From: Camelus ferus
Taxonomy: Eukaryota
Direction of reading: 5' to 3'
DNA: 64,000 nt
Assembly: GCF_009834535.1 (NCBI RefSeq)
Contig: NC_045696.1
Coordinates: 37,388,001-37,452,000 of the forward strand
Part shown: positions 1 to 11,220 of the stretch, piece by piece
Layout: each line of letters opens with the position of its first letter
How positions within the stretch are numbered: position 1 is the first letter of the stretch
The notes under the pieces: model-generated
The model's database searches: none
What the model was told of the DNA's origin: nothing
What the model saw: the letters and a program-made list of their open reading frames with translations, nothing else
Translations under genes and position numbers: made by a program

Positions 1-244
1 CTAATCAGTGAAGATAACTCATTAAGAATGATTTAATTATCCTTTTTGCTTTTCATCAAAAGTCATTCTCTATCTCTACAAAGAAAACCAAAAGTGGAGA
101 CTGACCTAAAGTGAAGTTTCTGTGATTAATTTCTGTATGATTCAGTGTTTCTGAAATCAGTTGTTACTGAGATATTGTTATTATAACCTCCTGTGTTGAT
201 ATTATTAAAATATATGCAATATTTCATTATTATGCCATGGCTCA

Positions 245-790
245 CTGAATAATTCAGTAATGTTTTAGCACACAGATTGTAAGACTCTAGGCACTGAAAC
301 TATGATGACAACTAAAGTATAGCCTTAGTTTAAAGAGCTAACAGCCTAGCAAGGAGACATTTATGTGAAAAATTACAACATAATGTAATAACAAGCTTCG
401 AAATGGATATGTGCCTGATATGTTAAAACTGCATAGAGAAGGCATCTCGTTAGGTTGAGAGAAAAGTCAAAGAATTCATCTTATAATGTCAGATTGACAT
501 TATAGTTGTGCCATGAATCTTGAGAGAATTTAAGCCAGGCAAAGAGAAGGCAAAATTACAGCTCTGAAAGATGAGAAGCACAGTGATTTAAAAAATATAA
601 ACACTTTAGTGCACTGTGACTAACATAGGATGGAGAGTTGCGACTGACAAAAGTTTAAGCTAACATGGAAGAAAACTCCTAAGATCTTTGTATGATGTAT
701 TAATAAATTTTGTTATTACCATGGTGTAATAGAAAATTATATGTTTGTGATTTGGGAAATAAAAAAAATCATTTGAGAATGGATCAAGAT
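245..790 (-). mobile_element. Old LINE-2 (L2) fragment
   Basis: Degenerate antisense L2 3'-region pattern (ctaggcactg...gagctaacagcctagcaaggagacat...). Boundaries approximate. Confidence 0.55.
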
Positions 791-2614
791 AGAAAAATGG
801 AAACAAATACCTTTTTTCGCCTCCCTTCCCTAATTTCATTGGCCAAAAAAAAAAAAAAAAAAAGCAAAAAATTTCAAAATGATTAAATCTACTGTACTAC
901 TAGAAAAATGACAAAATATCACCAGGAAATTATTGTTTTGGGTCATTGCTAATAGAATGGACTGATGGGAAGAGTTTTACGTAGAACTAAATCTGGAAGA
1001 AGCTACACAGCAAGATGACTGCAAGTAACCATGAAGATGTGCCAACCTTAGAGTCAACCCTGTAGGAAAAGCTGGAGAGAGTCCATGATCACATTTAAGG
1101 ATTATTCATTGGGAAGAGCATCAAGACCAGGTAATCTTCCTTCCTGGCTACCAGGCATTAATATTATTGGTACTTCCATCCTGACCCTAAAGCAGTGACT
1201 TTGATATAACTCATGGAGAGGCAGGTTATTTCCACCACCCAAGTACTGACTCTCAGGAAATGAATACTGTTTCCCAACATTCAGCATACCACTTTTTCTG
1301 AACTGGTGGAGCAAGCTGTTTTAAACAAATAGTAATTACAACAAATAAAAAGCTTAGGGAAAACTTCAAGTACAAATGAACACAGAATCATTGATCCCCT
1401 AATACTTAGAAAGAAAGCAAGATAGTCAAAGAGAGGCACAGAACTCAGCTCACACATGTAGAAGGTTTTTGAAACATTGTCCACTGCTTTTTAAATTCAA
1501 AGTATTTGCTATTATTATTATTATTACTACTACTACTACTATTTCATGACCACTATTACTTTGCTCGGCGCTGCTCAAGCTATTAAGCCATTAAGATAAG
1601 GAACATATTACTTCAGCTGAGAAAAAAAATACACCATTGTTCAGTTTTTACTTATTGAATAAATAAATACAGAAATAAATAAATTTGAAAAAAATACAGG
1701 GAATTTTTGAAAGATGTCTTAGGTGTAAGCAGGGAAGGAAACACTAATATATTTCAACATGCCAAACAGTGGAGGATTCAGAAAGCTTATTTACTCATAG
1801 AGTAGTCATGGGTATGACATACAGAAAGCTCCTGCCATATGGAATACAGAAGTTCTTTTGCTTGGTGTGGGGATGGGAGACTCTGAAGCAACTTAGAAGC
1901 TTTAGGAATGCACTAAAAATATGTTAAATTCAGAGAAGGGACCAAGGAAACCAACCATCTAGAATCTTGCTCAAGGAAAGAGAAAGTCCTGTTGTGAAAA
2001 CATAGAACCCTGAGATATTTTGAAAGAGAATTTGAAACTTGATGGAGATTGTGTCTACTGGCTCCTTTAATTGTGAGAACTTAAATGATTCACCAGGAAT
2101 CCTATAGCAACACAAGGCAGGTCCAAAAGCAGAGACAGTGGCATTGCATGGTGCAGATGAGAGAAATCTTAGATAGCACCTCCTGTCCTCCAAGCCATGT
2201 ACAAAATGTGTGAAGTTGCCTTTCTCCATATGTAAATCACAGCATATAAATTTAAAATACGCTTCTTAAGACTTAAATTTGTTCATCCAATAAGTTCTTT
2301 GGCAAAAGACTGGTGACAGCAGTGGTGCTATCTGAAATTTGAAACTCCAGATTTCCTGAAGAATTCTATCCCAATGCCTTTACAACTTGATGTTAGGAAA
2401 ATAACTAATTAAACTTTCTTAGACTCAATATATCCTTCTGCTAAAAAACAAAAGAGAGTACTTGCCTAATAAAGTGATTAAAGATGAATATAAGTAATAT
2501 ATAAAGTGATTTAAATGGGAACACTGTATATACACTCAACAAAAAATAGCTATCATTGGTTACCATGTGTCACATACTAGATGTAGAGCAAAGATTAAAA
2601 TGATGTACACACCA

Positions 2615-3320
2615 CAATCACTGCTTTCCATCTCCACTGCAAACTTCTTTTTCCAGGACATCAGATGATCTTTCACTTGTTTTGCTAAAATATCTTCCTA
2701 AATGGTCCCTCTAATTCTAACAAACCAATCCATTGCATTAAAATCCATTTTTTATGCAATACAGTGATATATTTAAAATGTACACCAGTCATATCACCTG
2801 CGTGTACCAAACACTCCAACGTCTTTCCATTGCTCTTGCAAAATAATTCAAACTGCTTACCTTGTATATAAGGCTGCACGTAAACTGGGACTGCCCACTC
2901 ATCTGACTTTATTTTCTACTCACTCCCACCTACTTCACTTCAGCCATACTGGTTTCCTTGCTGTTTCTCATACTGCCAAGACTACTCATGATTTAGGACC
3001 CCTACAACTGACATTTTATCCATCTATACTTCTCTTCACCCACATCACTGCTTATCTATTTCATCCTAACACAAGAGTCCTCAGCCCAAAACTCAACTCA
3101 TTAGAAATCCCTTCCCTAATCACAAAATCTAAAGCTGTTTCCTTATTTTATTGTCTTGGAAGCACTTTGTGTCAATTATTTGTTTTCTTGGCCTTACCTA
3201 TATACTATATCTAGAACTTAAGTCCAGGAGAGCAGGGATATTTTCTCCCTGTCTTACTTCCAACACTTAAGATAGAGCCTTACATGTAGTAGGTGCTTTA
3301 CATGATTGCAGAATCAATGA
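2615..3320 (+). mobile_element. LINE-2 (L2) 3' fragment
   Basis: Typical L2 3' motifs: cttcagccatactggtttccttgctgtttctc, ...ggagagcagggatattttc..., tagtaggtgcttt...gaatcaatgaa terminus. Confidence 0.75.
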
Positions 3321-3769
3321 AATTGAAATTAATTTAGTATGAGTTGTTCTCCAGGAATGAATCTCCAAACATTTAGACTACTGAAGAATACACAGAATAA
3401 GGACTTCTTAGATATTAGAAAGGAAGAGAATTCAGATACGGAAATGGTTGCATCAACTAGGAAAATAAAGTGATTTGCAACATTTTCTGCAAGATCCCTT
3501 TATCACTTGTACGTGAAATATGCCCTGTTTTAATCATTAACAAGATTAATTTGGCAAAAATGTCTTGGGTATTTACTACTTGCTAAGTACATGCAAGCAA
3601 TAATTTTTGCCAAAAGGGAATTTAGAATATATTTTAAAAATTATAATATAATAATTATTGCTATATAGATGAAATAACACAATTAAATAAGTCTCATATA
3701 ATGTCTGGGAAAGGAGGTGTGGATGATGGAGAAGAGATGAAGGTCTAGCCTAGCACCACTCAACAGAAG

Positions 3770-3992
3770 TCAGAGGAGTCAAAAACACAAGTCACATACG
3801 TAACTTTACACTTTTCAATGGCCACGTTAAGAGTAAAAGTAAATAGTGAGATAAATTAATAAATTTTAATTAAATTACTAAGTTTTGAAGCCCAGTGTGT
3901 ATTTTACAATCACAGCACATTTCAGTTCATACCAGACACATTCCAAATGCTTATGAGACACATGAGGCTAATGATTCTCATGTTGCGCAGGT
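3770..3992. mobile_element. MER3-like hAT-Charlie MITE
   Basis: Resembles the MER3 consensus (gtgtgtattttacaatcacagcacatttcagttcataccagacacattccaaatgctt). Confidence 0.65.
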
Positions 3993-4353
3993 CTGACCGC
4001 AAGTGGTAGAATGTATTCCTTCTGTTTGGCACATGGATAATAAGTGAGGCTTACTTTCCTGAGCTTTGTGATCAGTTTAGTTTCTAGCAAATAGCTGTTC
4101 CTCAAAGCTATGTTTTGTATGTATAAATGAATGACAAAAAAAGTGAATAAAGTGAATCAACAATGAAATATAATATCATAGGGTATCAAGAAATGGCAAA
4201 TTAATTAGCATGGTACCTTTAAATATGTGTGATGAGCAAATAGGCACAGAAAGTCGAATGTATCATTAGAAATAAAATAAAAGGTTGTATGTATCATGAT
4301 AAGGAGTTTGCATCTTATTCTAAAACTTTGGAAGACTCTGCAACAGGGGATTC

Positions 4354-4625
4354 TGTATTCATCATGACTCTCCAGAGAAACAGAACCAATAAGAGGCTGT
4401 TTCCATGTAATTACATAGAGTCTACATTATAAATATAAAATGCAATATATATAATGTAAAATCTCTTTTACATATACATACACATATATGTATTATGAGA
4501 GAGAGAGAGAGAGAGGAAAAAGGAAAGGGAAAGGGAAATGGAAAGATTTTTTTAAAGGAGTTGATTCATTGTTGAGGCTGACAAGTCCAAGATCTTCAAG
4601 GGAGGCTGGTAGGATGGAGAGTTGA
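4354..4625 (-). mobile_element. MLT2-type (ERVL) LTR, 3' part, with embedded (TA)/(GA) microsatellite
   Basis: Starts tgtatt...ctctccagagaaacagaaccaata, then a simple-repeat tract and gctgacaagtccaagatc...ggctggtagg, as in antisense MLT2. Confidence 0.7.
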
Positions 4626-6615
4626 TATTACCCCTTCTATGGAGAGCATGTTCTGGGAAAAGAACTAGATCCACCCCATAACTGGTTTACCAAATCCAAG
4701 CATATAAATAGAAGCTACCATATAAATTTACATTGCAGGCTACTGATATTTTACAGAGCCTCTATAATTCATTTTTTAAAAAGTACAGTTGGGATAATTG
4801 TGATGCACAGAAAATTCTAAAATGAAAATAATCAGAGCAGTGTCTATATATCACCAATTACACAACAGGGTTGTTAAATATGAGGACTGTATTAATTTGT
4901 GTTGTATGAATAATTAGGCACACCTCTTTCATTACTATAGATGTGTTTTAAAATTATATATGTTTTATTTTATACTGACAAGACTTTGTCTCTTTGCCTA
5001 GCACAAATCAAACCACTTGCAACATGCAGCTTTCAATCAATTACCTTTGCAGTTTCCAGAAAGTTGTAGCAGAATTCATATGCCATTAAATAATTCTAAA
5101 ATAACTCTTAATTGAGCTGCAGGGACTCATTCTAGACTGTAAGGCTACCATGAGCATGAGACTATAATGATTCATTTTTTGCCCACAACTTAAATAGTTT
5201 CAACAAATTATTAACTTAAAAAAATCTGCCAAGAAATAAAATTCTAATAAAACTGTAACAATTAATGTTTAAAAATGATTTAACATTTAACAAGATATAA
5301 CAAAAGTTCTCTCCACTAAATTTGTTAACAAAAATTCCTTCCTTCCACAGTTTATGGGTTCGTTGAAATCGTGACTTGAAATTTATTAACTACACCCTGG
5401 GATTAATTTTGGCACTTTTAGAAAACATATTAATTTTTTAGGCCTCTGGGCTACCATTCGGTAAATTGATGCTTTTGTGTATTAAATGGTACCTAAATCA
5501 TTATAGTACTATCTTATCTCTTATGTTAACCCTGAACTTTTCAACTATTAAAGATAAATATAGCTGAGGGTATTTTAGGTTGAACTATCAAATAAAAGGC
5601 TAATGATGGACAGAGATTGATGGATCCCTGAGAGTCAGGCCGGTTTGCCTTTTCTGATAACTCAAACAGGATGTACTGTCAAATCTCTATGGAGATGATT
5701 AGAAACATTCGCTTCACTGGCACAGAAAGAAGATTCTCTTCCTACCTTATTTTCTGTCCTAAGTATTCTATGGTCTACCATCTGCTTTCCATGTATTTTC
5801 TGCAAAGTTAACATGAAGAGTTTTCATACTTTTTATCTTTTTTATTCAGTGTATTTAAAATTTCTTTATTTTTCTGTCATTATTTTAATATTGCCATTTT
5901 ACCTTAATATGTTCTAAACTTAAATATTTTCTAAGTGACAGGTCACTAGTACGGCAACCTTGAACAACTCTCATCCCAACCTCCACCACATTTTCTAAAC
6001 ATACTGCCAATTCCTCTTGTTGTCTGCTCCTCCAAATAATTTCCTAGGCCATCCAACGCACATCATATATTGCATGCACATAAAATGTATTTTACATACA
6101 TGTGCTCCTTAGGAGACATGCATTATTGATGTATGGGGTGTGTCTTTATAAAAATGTATCATAAACTCTGTTTTTTTATTCATAAACTAAATGACCTATC
6201 CTTATTAGTAGACAGGTATTCTATTAAATTTTTTAACTAAACAAAAGTTTCGTGAGGATAAACTATATTTCATTTCTCCATTACCTTATAGGTGGATAAT
6301 TGAATTAGTTGGATTTTTTTTAGATGCAACTTAAACGTACAGGAAGATAATTATTATCTTACATGACAAGAAATATGGAGGTCATATGTTTTCAAAGATC
6401 GGTAAACCAGGAACACTGTTAAATCATCAAATCCCCAAATTACTTTCCGTATCTGTGCTTAGCCATTATCACCATTTTGAAAGTCCCCTCATGATTATAA
6501 GATAATGCAATTATGCCTGCCAACACCCCCTCACATAGCCACGTTCATAGGTAGAAAAAAGCAAGCCATTTACATACGGCCAAAATTCAAGTCAAGGACT
6601 CTTTTCTCAGAACAC

Positions 6616-6730
6616 TGTGAGGTTGAATTTTATGGGTCGATTTGACTGGACTAAGGTATGCCCAGACAGCTGATAAAACATAATTTCTGGGTGTGACTGT
6701 GTCTCTAGAAGCGATTAGCATTTGAATTAA
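6616..6730 (+). mobile_element. MLT2B-like (ERVL) LTR 5' fragment
   Basis: tgtgaggttgaattttatgggtcgatttgactggactaaggtatgcccagacagctgataaaacataatttctgggtgtg matches the MLT2B 5' end. Confidence 0.7.
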
Positions 6731-6734
6731 TATA

Positions 6735-7370
6735 ATTACAATGTGTCAAAGTAGGTTCATCAGTTGTAACAAGCTACCAGGGCAGCAGGTATATGGGAGG
6801 TCTCTGTACCTTCTCCTCAGTTTTGTTGCGCCCAAGACTGTTCTAAAACAAAGTCTTAAAAACACACAGAAAAGAGAGAGAAGAATGAGCTACTACAAAA
6901 CCATTGAGGAACTTTAAAAGCATAATGATACCTCAAAGAACTTAATTTGAAAAATCTGTATGCTGTGTGATTCCAACTATATGACATTCTGGAAAGAGCA
7001 AAACTGTGGAGGCAGTAAAGGGGTTTGAGGCAAGGGAAAAAGAGATGATAGGTGAGGCACAGGGGATTTTTAAGACAATGAAACTGTTCTGTGTGATATT
7101 GTAATGGTCATTACACATTTGTCAAAACTTACAGACTGTACAGCACCAAGAGTGAACTTTCACATAAACTATGAACTTTTGATGATAACAATGCCTCAAT
7201 GTAGGTGCATCAGTTGTAACAAAGGTACCACTCTGGTGTAGCATGCTGAGAGTGGGGGAGGCTGTATGTTTGTAGGGACAGGAAATACACAGGAATTCTA
7301 TAGTTCCCATTCATTTTTTTCTGTAAACTTAACATTGCTCTAAAAATGAAAGAATATTAATTTTAAAAAA
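6735..7370 (+). mobile_element. Old L1 (L1MC-like) 3'UTR; two tandem 3'-terminal pieces (~6735-6865 and ~6885-7370)
   Basis: gattccaactatatgacattctggaaagagcaaaactgtggag...; the motif taggt(t/g)catcagttgtaacaa occurs twice; A-rich ends. Confidence 0.75.
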
Positions 7371-8708
7371 GAAAATGGACTCACAGTAAATAGTATTTCT
7401 AAGAGCTGTATCAAAACAAAATCCTGGGACATTTGTTTCTTGAAAGCATGGATTCAGTATAGTGGCACAATTAGGAAAGAACTGTAGCTACCACATGAAA
7501 ATAGAAACAAAACTTTTTTTTTTTCTAATAGCCAATTTTTTTTTCTTTGTACTAATTAAAAAGAAATACACCATGCAGAAAAGTATAAAAGCAGAGGTTA
7601 ACATTCTTCCTTTCTGTTATGAATCTGTTGTTTAAAGGTTAGGAGATACAACATTGTCTTACCTCCAGTGAACTATAATGGAAATACTGAAGGAAAAACA
7701 TACATAAAGAAAATTATAATATTAAAATTCTAGAAAAATTAGAACAAATTCAACAAATATTAAGATATTTAAGGAGTCAGTAATTTTTTTCTGCAGTTAC
7801 CAACAACAATTTTGAGGAACTATGAAAAGTCAATGAGTTCCTGAAACCTAAAAAGAAATTATACTATGTTTTACAAGGAAAATTTATAGAAAGCTCTATG
7901 GATAGATCGATAGATGTCAGATATAACTGTGGATACAGATACATAGATGAGATACACATGTAGATACATATGTAGATACAGGAACTGAAGATAGATTAGC
8001 ATAACATTGAACCTTGAGAAGAAATTATAATAAAACATGACTCCAACTGCAGTCTTCCAGGCAAATGTAAGTCACTGGAGCAATTAGCAATATTCCGCAG
8101 TGAAATGGTACCAGCCTCAGCTGGTATCTTCTCATGTTAGACAGGTAAAGAGGTCAGGAAGACAAAGGGAAAGGAGAGAAACAATCTGTACTGATTTAAG
8201 TTTTTGATCTTATGCCATCATCTTATGAAATCATCCTTGATGAGCTAAGTTCCACTGTTAACCATTGCTAGTGGATGAGTGAATAATCCACTTTTTCCTC
8301 AATTTTTATAGTAGTTATCAATGGATATGCCTCAACTTTAATGGCCTAAATATATGAGGGAAATATTCAGAATAGAATTATCTTTAAAGGGAACAAAATG
8401 ATTCTAAATGAATTTAAAATTGTGGTGAGAAAATGATGTCATCAAAAATTGAACAAAATTCTAAATGGAGAAGTGGAAGATATGTGTATCAGGGAAAAAA
8501 TATATCAAAAGGTAAATACAGGTGTGAGTTTGTTGGAAAAAGAAAATATACAGCAACTGTAAAAAATGACAAGTAACAAGAATCAATCCTTTGATTCTGT
8601 TAAAAAAAAAAAAACAGATACAATTAAAACGTAATTTTTCCTAAGCTTAAAAACATGTTTATTGAAATCATCACTGGTTCACATACTGAATAGACATAAT
8701 TCACATAA

Positions 8709-9806
8709 TTTTTTTGACTTTCTTTTAATTGAAGTATAGTCAGTTTACTATGTTGTTAATTTCTGATGCACAACATAGTGTTTCAGTTATAGATTTATAT
8801 ATATACACATACACACATATATATTCCTTTTCATGTTCTTTTTCATTACAAGTTATTACAAGATATTGAATATAGTTCCCTGTGCTATACAGTAGAAAAT
8901 TGTTTTGTCTATTTTTTATATAGTAATCAGCATCTGCAAATCCTGAACTCTTAATTTATCCCTCTACCCTCTCTTCCTCCCTGATAACCATAAGTTTGTT
9001 TTCTATGTCTGTGAGCCTGTTTCTGTTTTGTAAGTAAGTTCATTTGTGTCATGTTTTAGATTCCACATATAAGTGATTATCATATGGTATTTTTCTTCCT
9101 CTTTATGACTTATTTCACTTACTATGACAATCTCCAGGTCAATCCATATTGCTGCAAATGGCATTATTTTAGTCTTTTTTATGGCTGAGCAGTATTCCTG
9201 TGTGTGTGTGTGTGTACCACAACTTCTTTATCCAATTATCTGTTGATAGACACTTAGGTTGCTTCCATGTCTTGGCTATTGTAAATCATGCTATGAACAT
9301 TGGGGTGTATGTACCTTTTCGAGTTAGAGTTTCCTCCAGATATATGCCCAGGAGTGGGATTGATGGATTATATGGTAAATCTATTTTTAGATTTTTTATG
9401 GAACTTCCATACTGTTTTCCATAATGGCTGCACCAAACTACACTCCCAACAACAGTGTAGTAGAGTTACCCTTTCTCCACACCCTCTTCAGCATTTGTCA
9501 TTTGTGGACATTTTTATGATGGCCATTCTGACTGGCGTGAGGTGATATTTCATTGTAATTTTGCATTTACATTTCTCTGATAATGAGTGATACTGAGCAC
9601 TTTTTCATGTGCCTATTGGCCATTTGTATGTCTTCATTGGAGAAATGCTTGTTTAGGTCATCTGCCCATTTTTGGATTGGGTTGTTTTTTTTTTTGTTAT
9701 TAAGTAATATGAGCTGTTTGTATATTCTGGAAGTTAAGCCCTTATCAGTTGCATCATTTCAAATATTTCCTCCAACTCCATAGGTTTTTTTGTGTGTACA
9801 GTTTCC
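8709..9806 (-). mobile_element. 5'-truncated LINE-1 (end of ORF2 + 3'UTR), younger artiodactyl/camelid type
   Basis: T-rich tail followed by aattgaagtatagt at the left. The ORFs at 9200-9783 (e.g. [26 protein letters not shown]) are the familiar antisense translation of the L1 ORF2 C-terminal region. The TSD is at best degenerate (acataatttt / acaattctt). Confidence 0.93.
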
Positions 9807-10534
9807 ACAATTCTTAATCAGACATTATAAAAGCTACTTATAAATTTCTGAATATCAATAAGAACATCACTTCTTCAATATTTTATTTAAAATAATACTT
9901 TATATCCCACTAATATTGAAAACTACTTTAATAATTGTATACTTTCATTATGACAGACTAACATAGTATGAAAATATATATTGCAGAGGGGCTACCTATA
10001 ATTTCACAATATATGACCTTACTTTTCTGATTTTACTTAGGTTCAGTGATTTCAGGTTAGGATTAGATGTGCATGTGTGTCTCGGTTTTCCTTGCTTACT
10101 TCTGGACAAGCCAACTGCACATATTTAGTCACACTGGATACTGGATCCTCTGTAATAAATCTTCATTGGACAAGTGGATCACCCAAAATAAATCATCTGT
10201 GGGTGAGTGAAACAGCTTTGCTCAAACATCCATGGAAAAAGAGCTCATCCATCATAAATCAAAGATAGATAAGTGGATCAACCGTGATTTACTGCCTCTA
10301 ACCATGACTATGGTTTTGCCTTACCTGAGATGTTCCATGATTTTGCAACAGCATACAGTTTAGAGAAATATGGAAGAGTTACTTCTCAAGTATTTCCTTT
10401 GAAAGTCTGTTTTTCAGTGAAGCAATTGTATTCATTGATATAATAAAATAAAGAGTAAAATAAGTTGCTAAATTTCATTCAGTCACATTAATTTAGCAAT
10501 GTGATATAACATAAAAATAATTTTAGAATTATCA

Positions 10535-10700
10535 GAAACTGAGTCCATTAATCTCAGTAACTCCAATTATTAATGTAAACCTGAATAAATATTTCCTTTA
10601 TCTGTAAAGTTACGGTGATAATAACCAGACTTATAGGTGTTGTGAGGAGTAAATTAAGAAATTCAATAAATATAAATTCACATTGTTCACATAGAGTATC
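10535..10700 (+). mobile_element. MIR SINE fragment
   Basis: MIR core: atttcctttatctgtaaagttacggtgataataacc...ataggtgttgtgaggagtaaatt. Confidence 0.65.
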
Positions 10701-11220
10701 TCTGCTGTTTCTGACACTGGAATATTAAATAAGACATACAACACACGATTCCTATTTTTCACAGAGTTGGAAGAAAAGTAAATTAATCACAAAATAGTAT
10801 GATAGTACTTGGCCAAAGCTATGAATAGAGAATTAATTGAACAAATAGGGCAATTATGCTGTAGTCAATGGCAAAATTTCCCCCCAAAATTGACCATCAA
10901 GATGATTCTTAAAGTACATATTAGATGAGCAACAGAGAGAAGGATAGGTAAAGATTAGTAAGTGTGAAAATATATTTTGTGGACTGTAAATATATGATCA
11001 TATATATCTCTGTATATGAATACTTATGTATGCATGACAATAAATTAGCTCAGCAGTTTTAAACAGGGGTCTGAAATAAAAGGCCTTCTACAACTTGCTA
11101 AATACTATGGCTTTTATTCCGAGCCAATGGAGCATCACTGATGAATTTTATGGGAGGGATGATATTGCATTTGCTTATTAGGAAAAGCACTGTGGTAGTC
11201 AGGGGAGAGTGGACTGAAAG
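10700..11220 (-). mobile_element. L2 fragment
   Basis: Antisense L2 pattern (ggcttttattccgagccaatggagcatcactgatgaatttt...aaagcactgtggtag). Confidence 0.6.

Noticed and set aside
4354..6730. A ~2-kb inversion splitting one MLT2 LTR (3' part on minus at 4354, 5' part on plus at 6616)
   Set aside because: The predicted 5-bp TSDs do not match (gattc vs gtgtt) and the two pieces look like different MLT2 subfamilies. Independent insertions are simpler.
7895..7995. Periodic gata/gatac repeats as a structured array or CRISPR-like locus
   Set aside because: It is a decayed microsatellite with no constant repeat-spacer structure, in a eukaryotic context.
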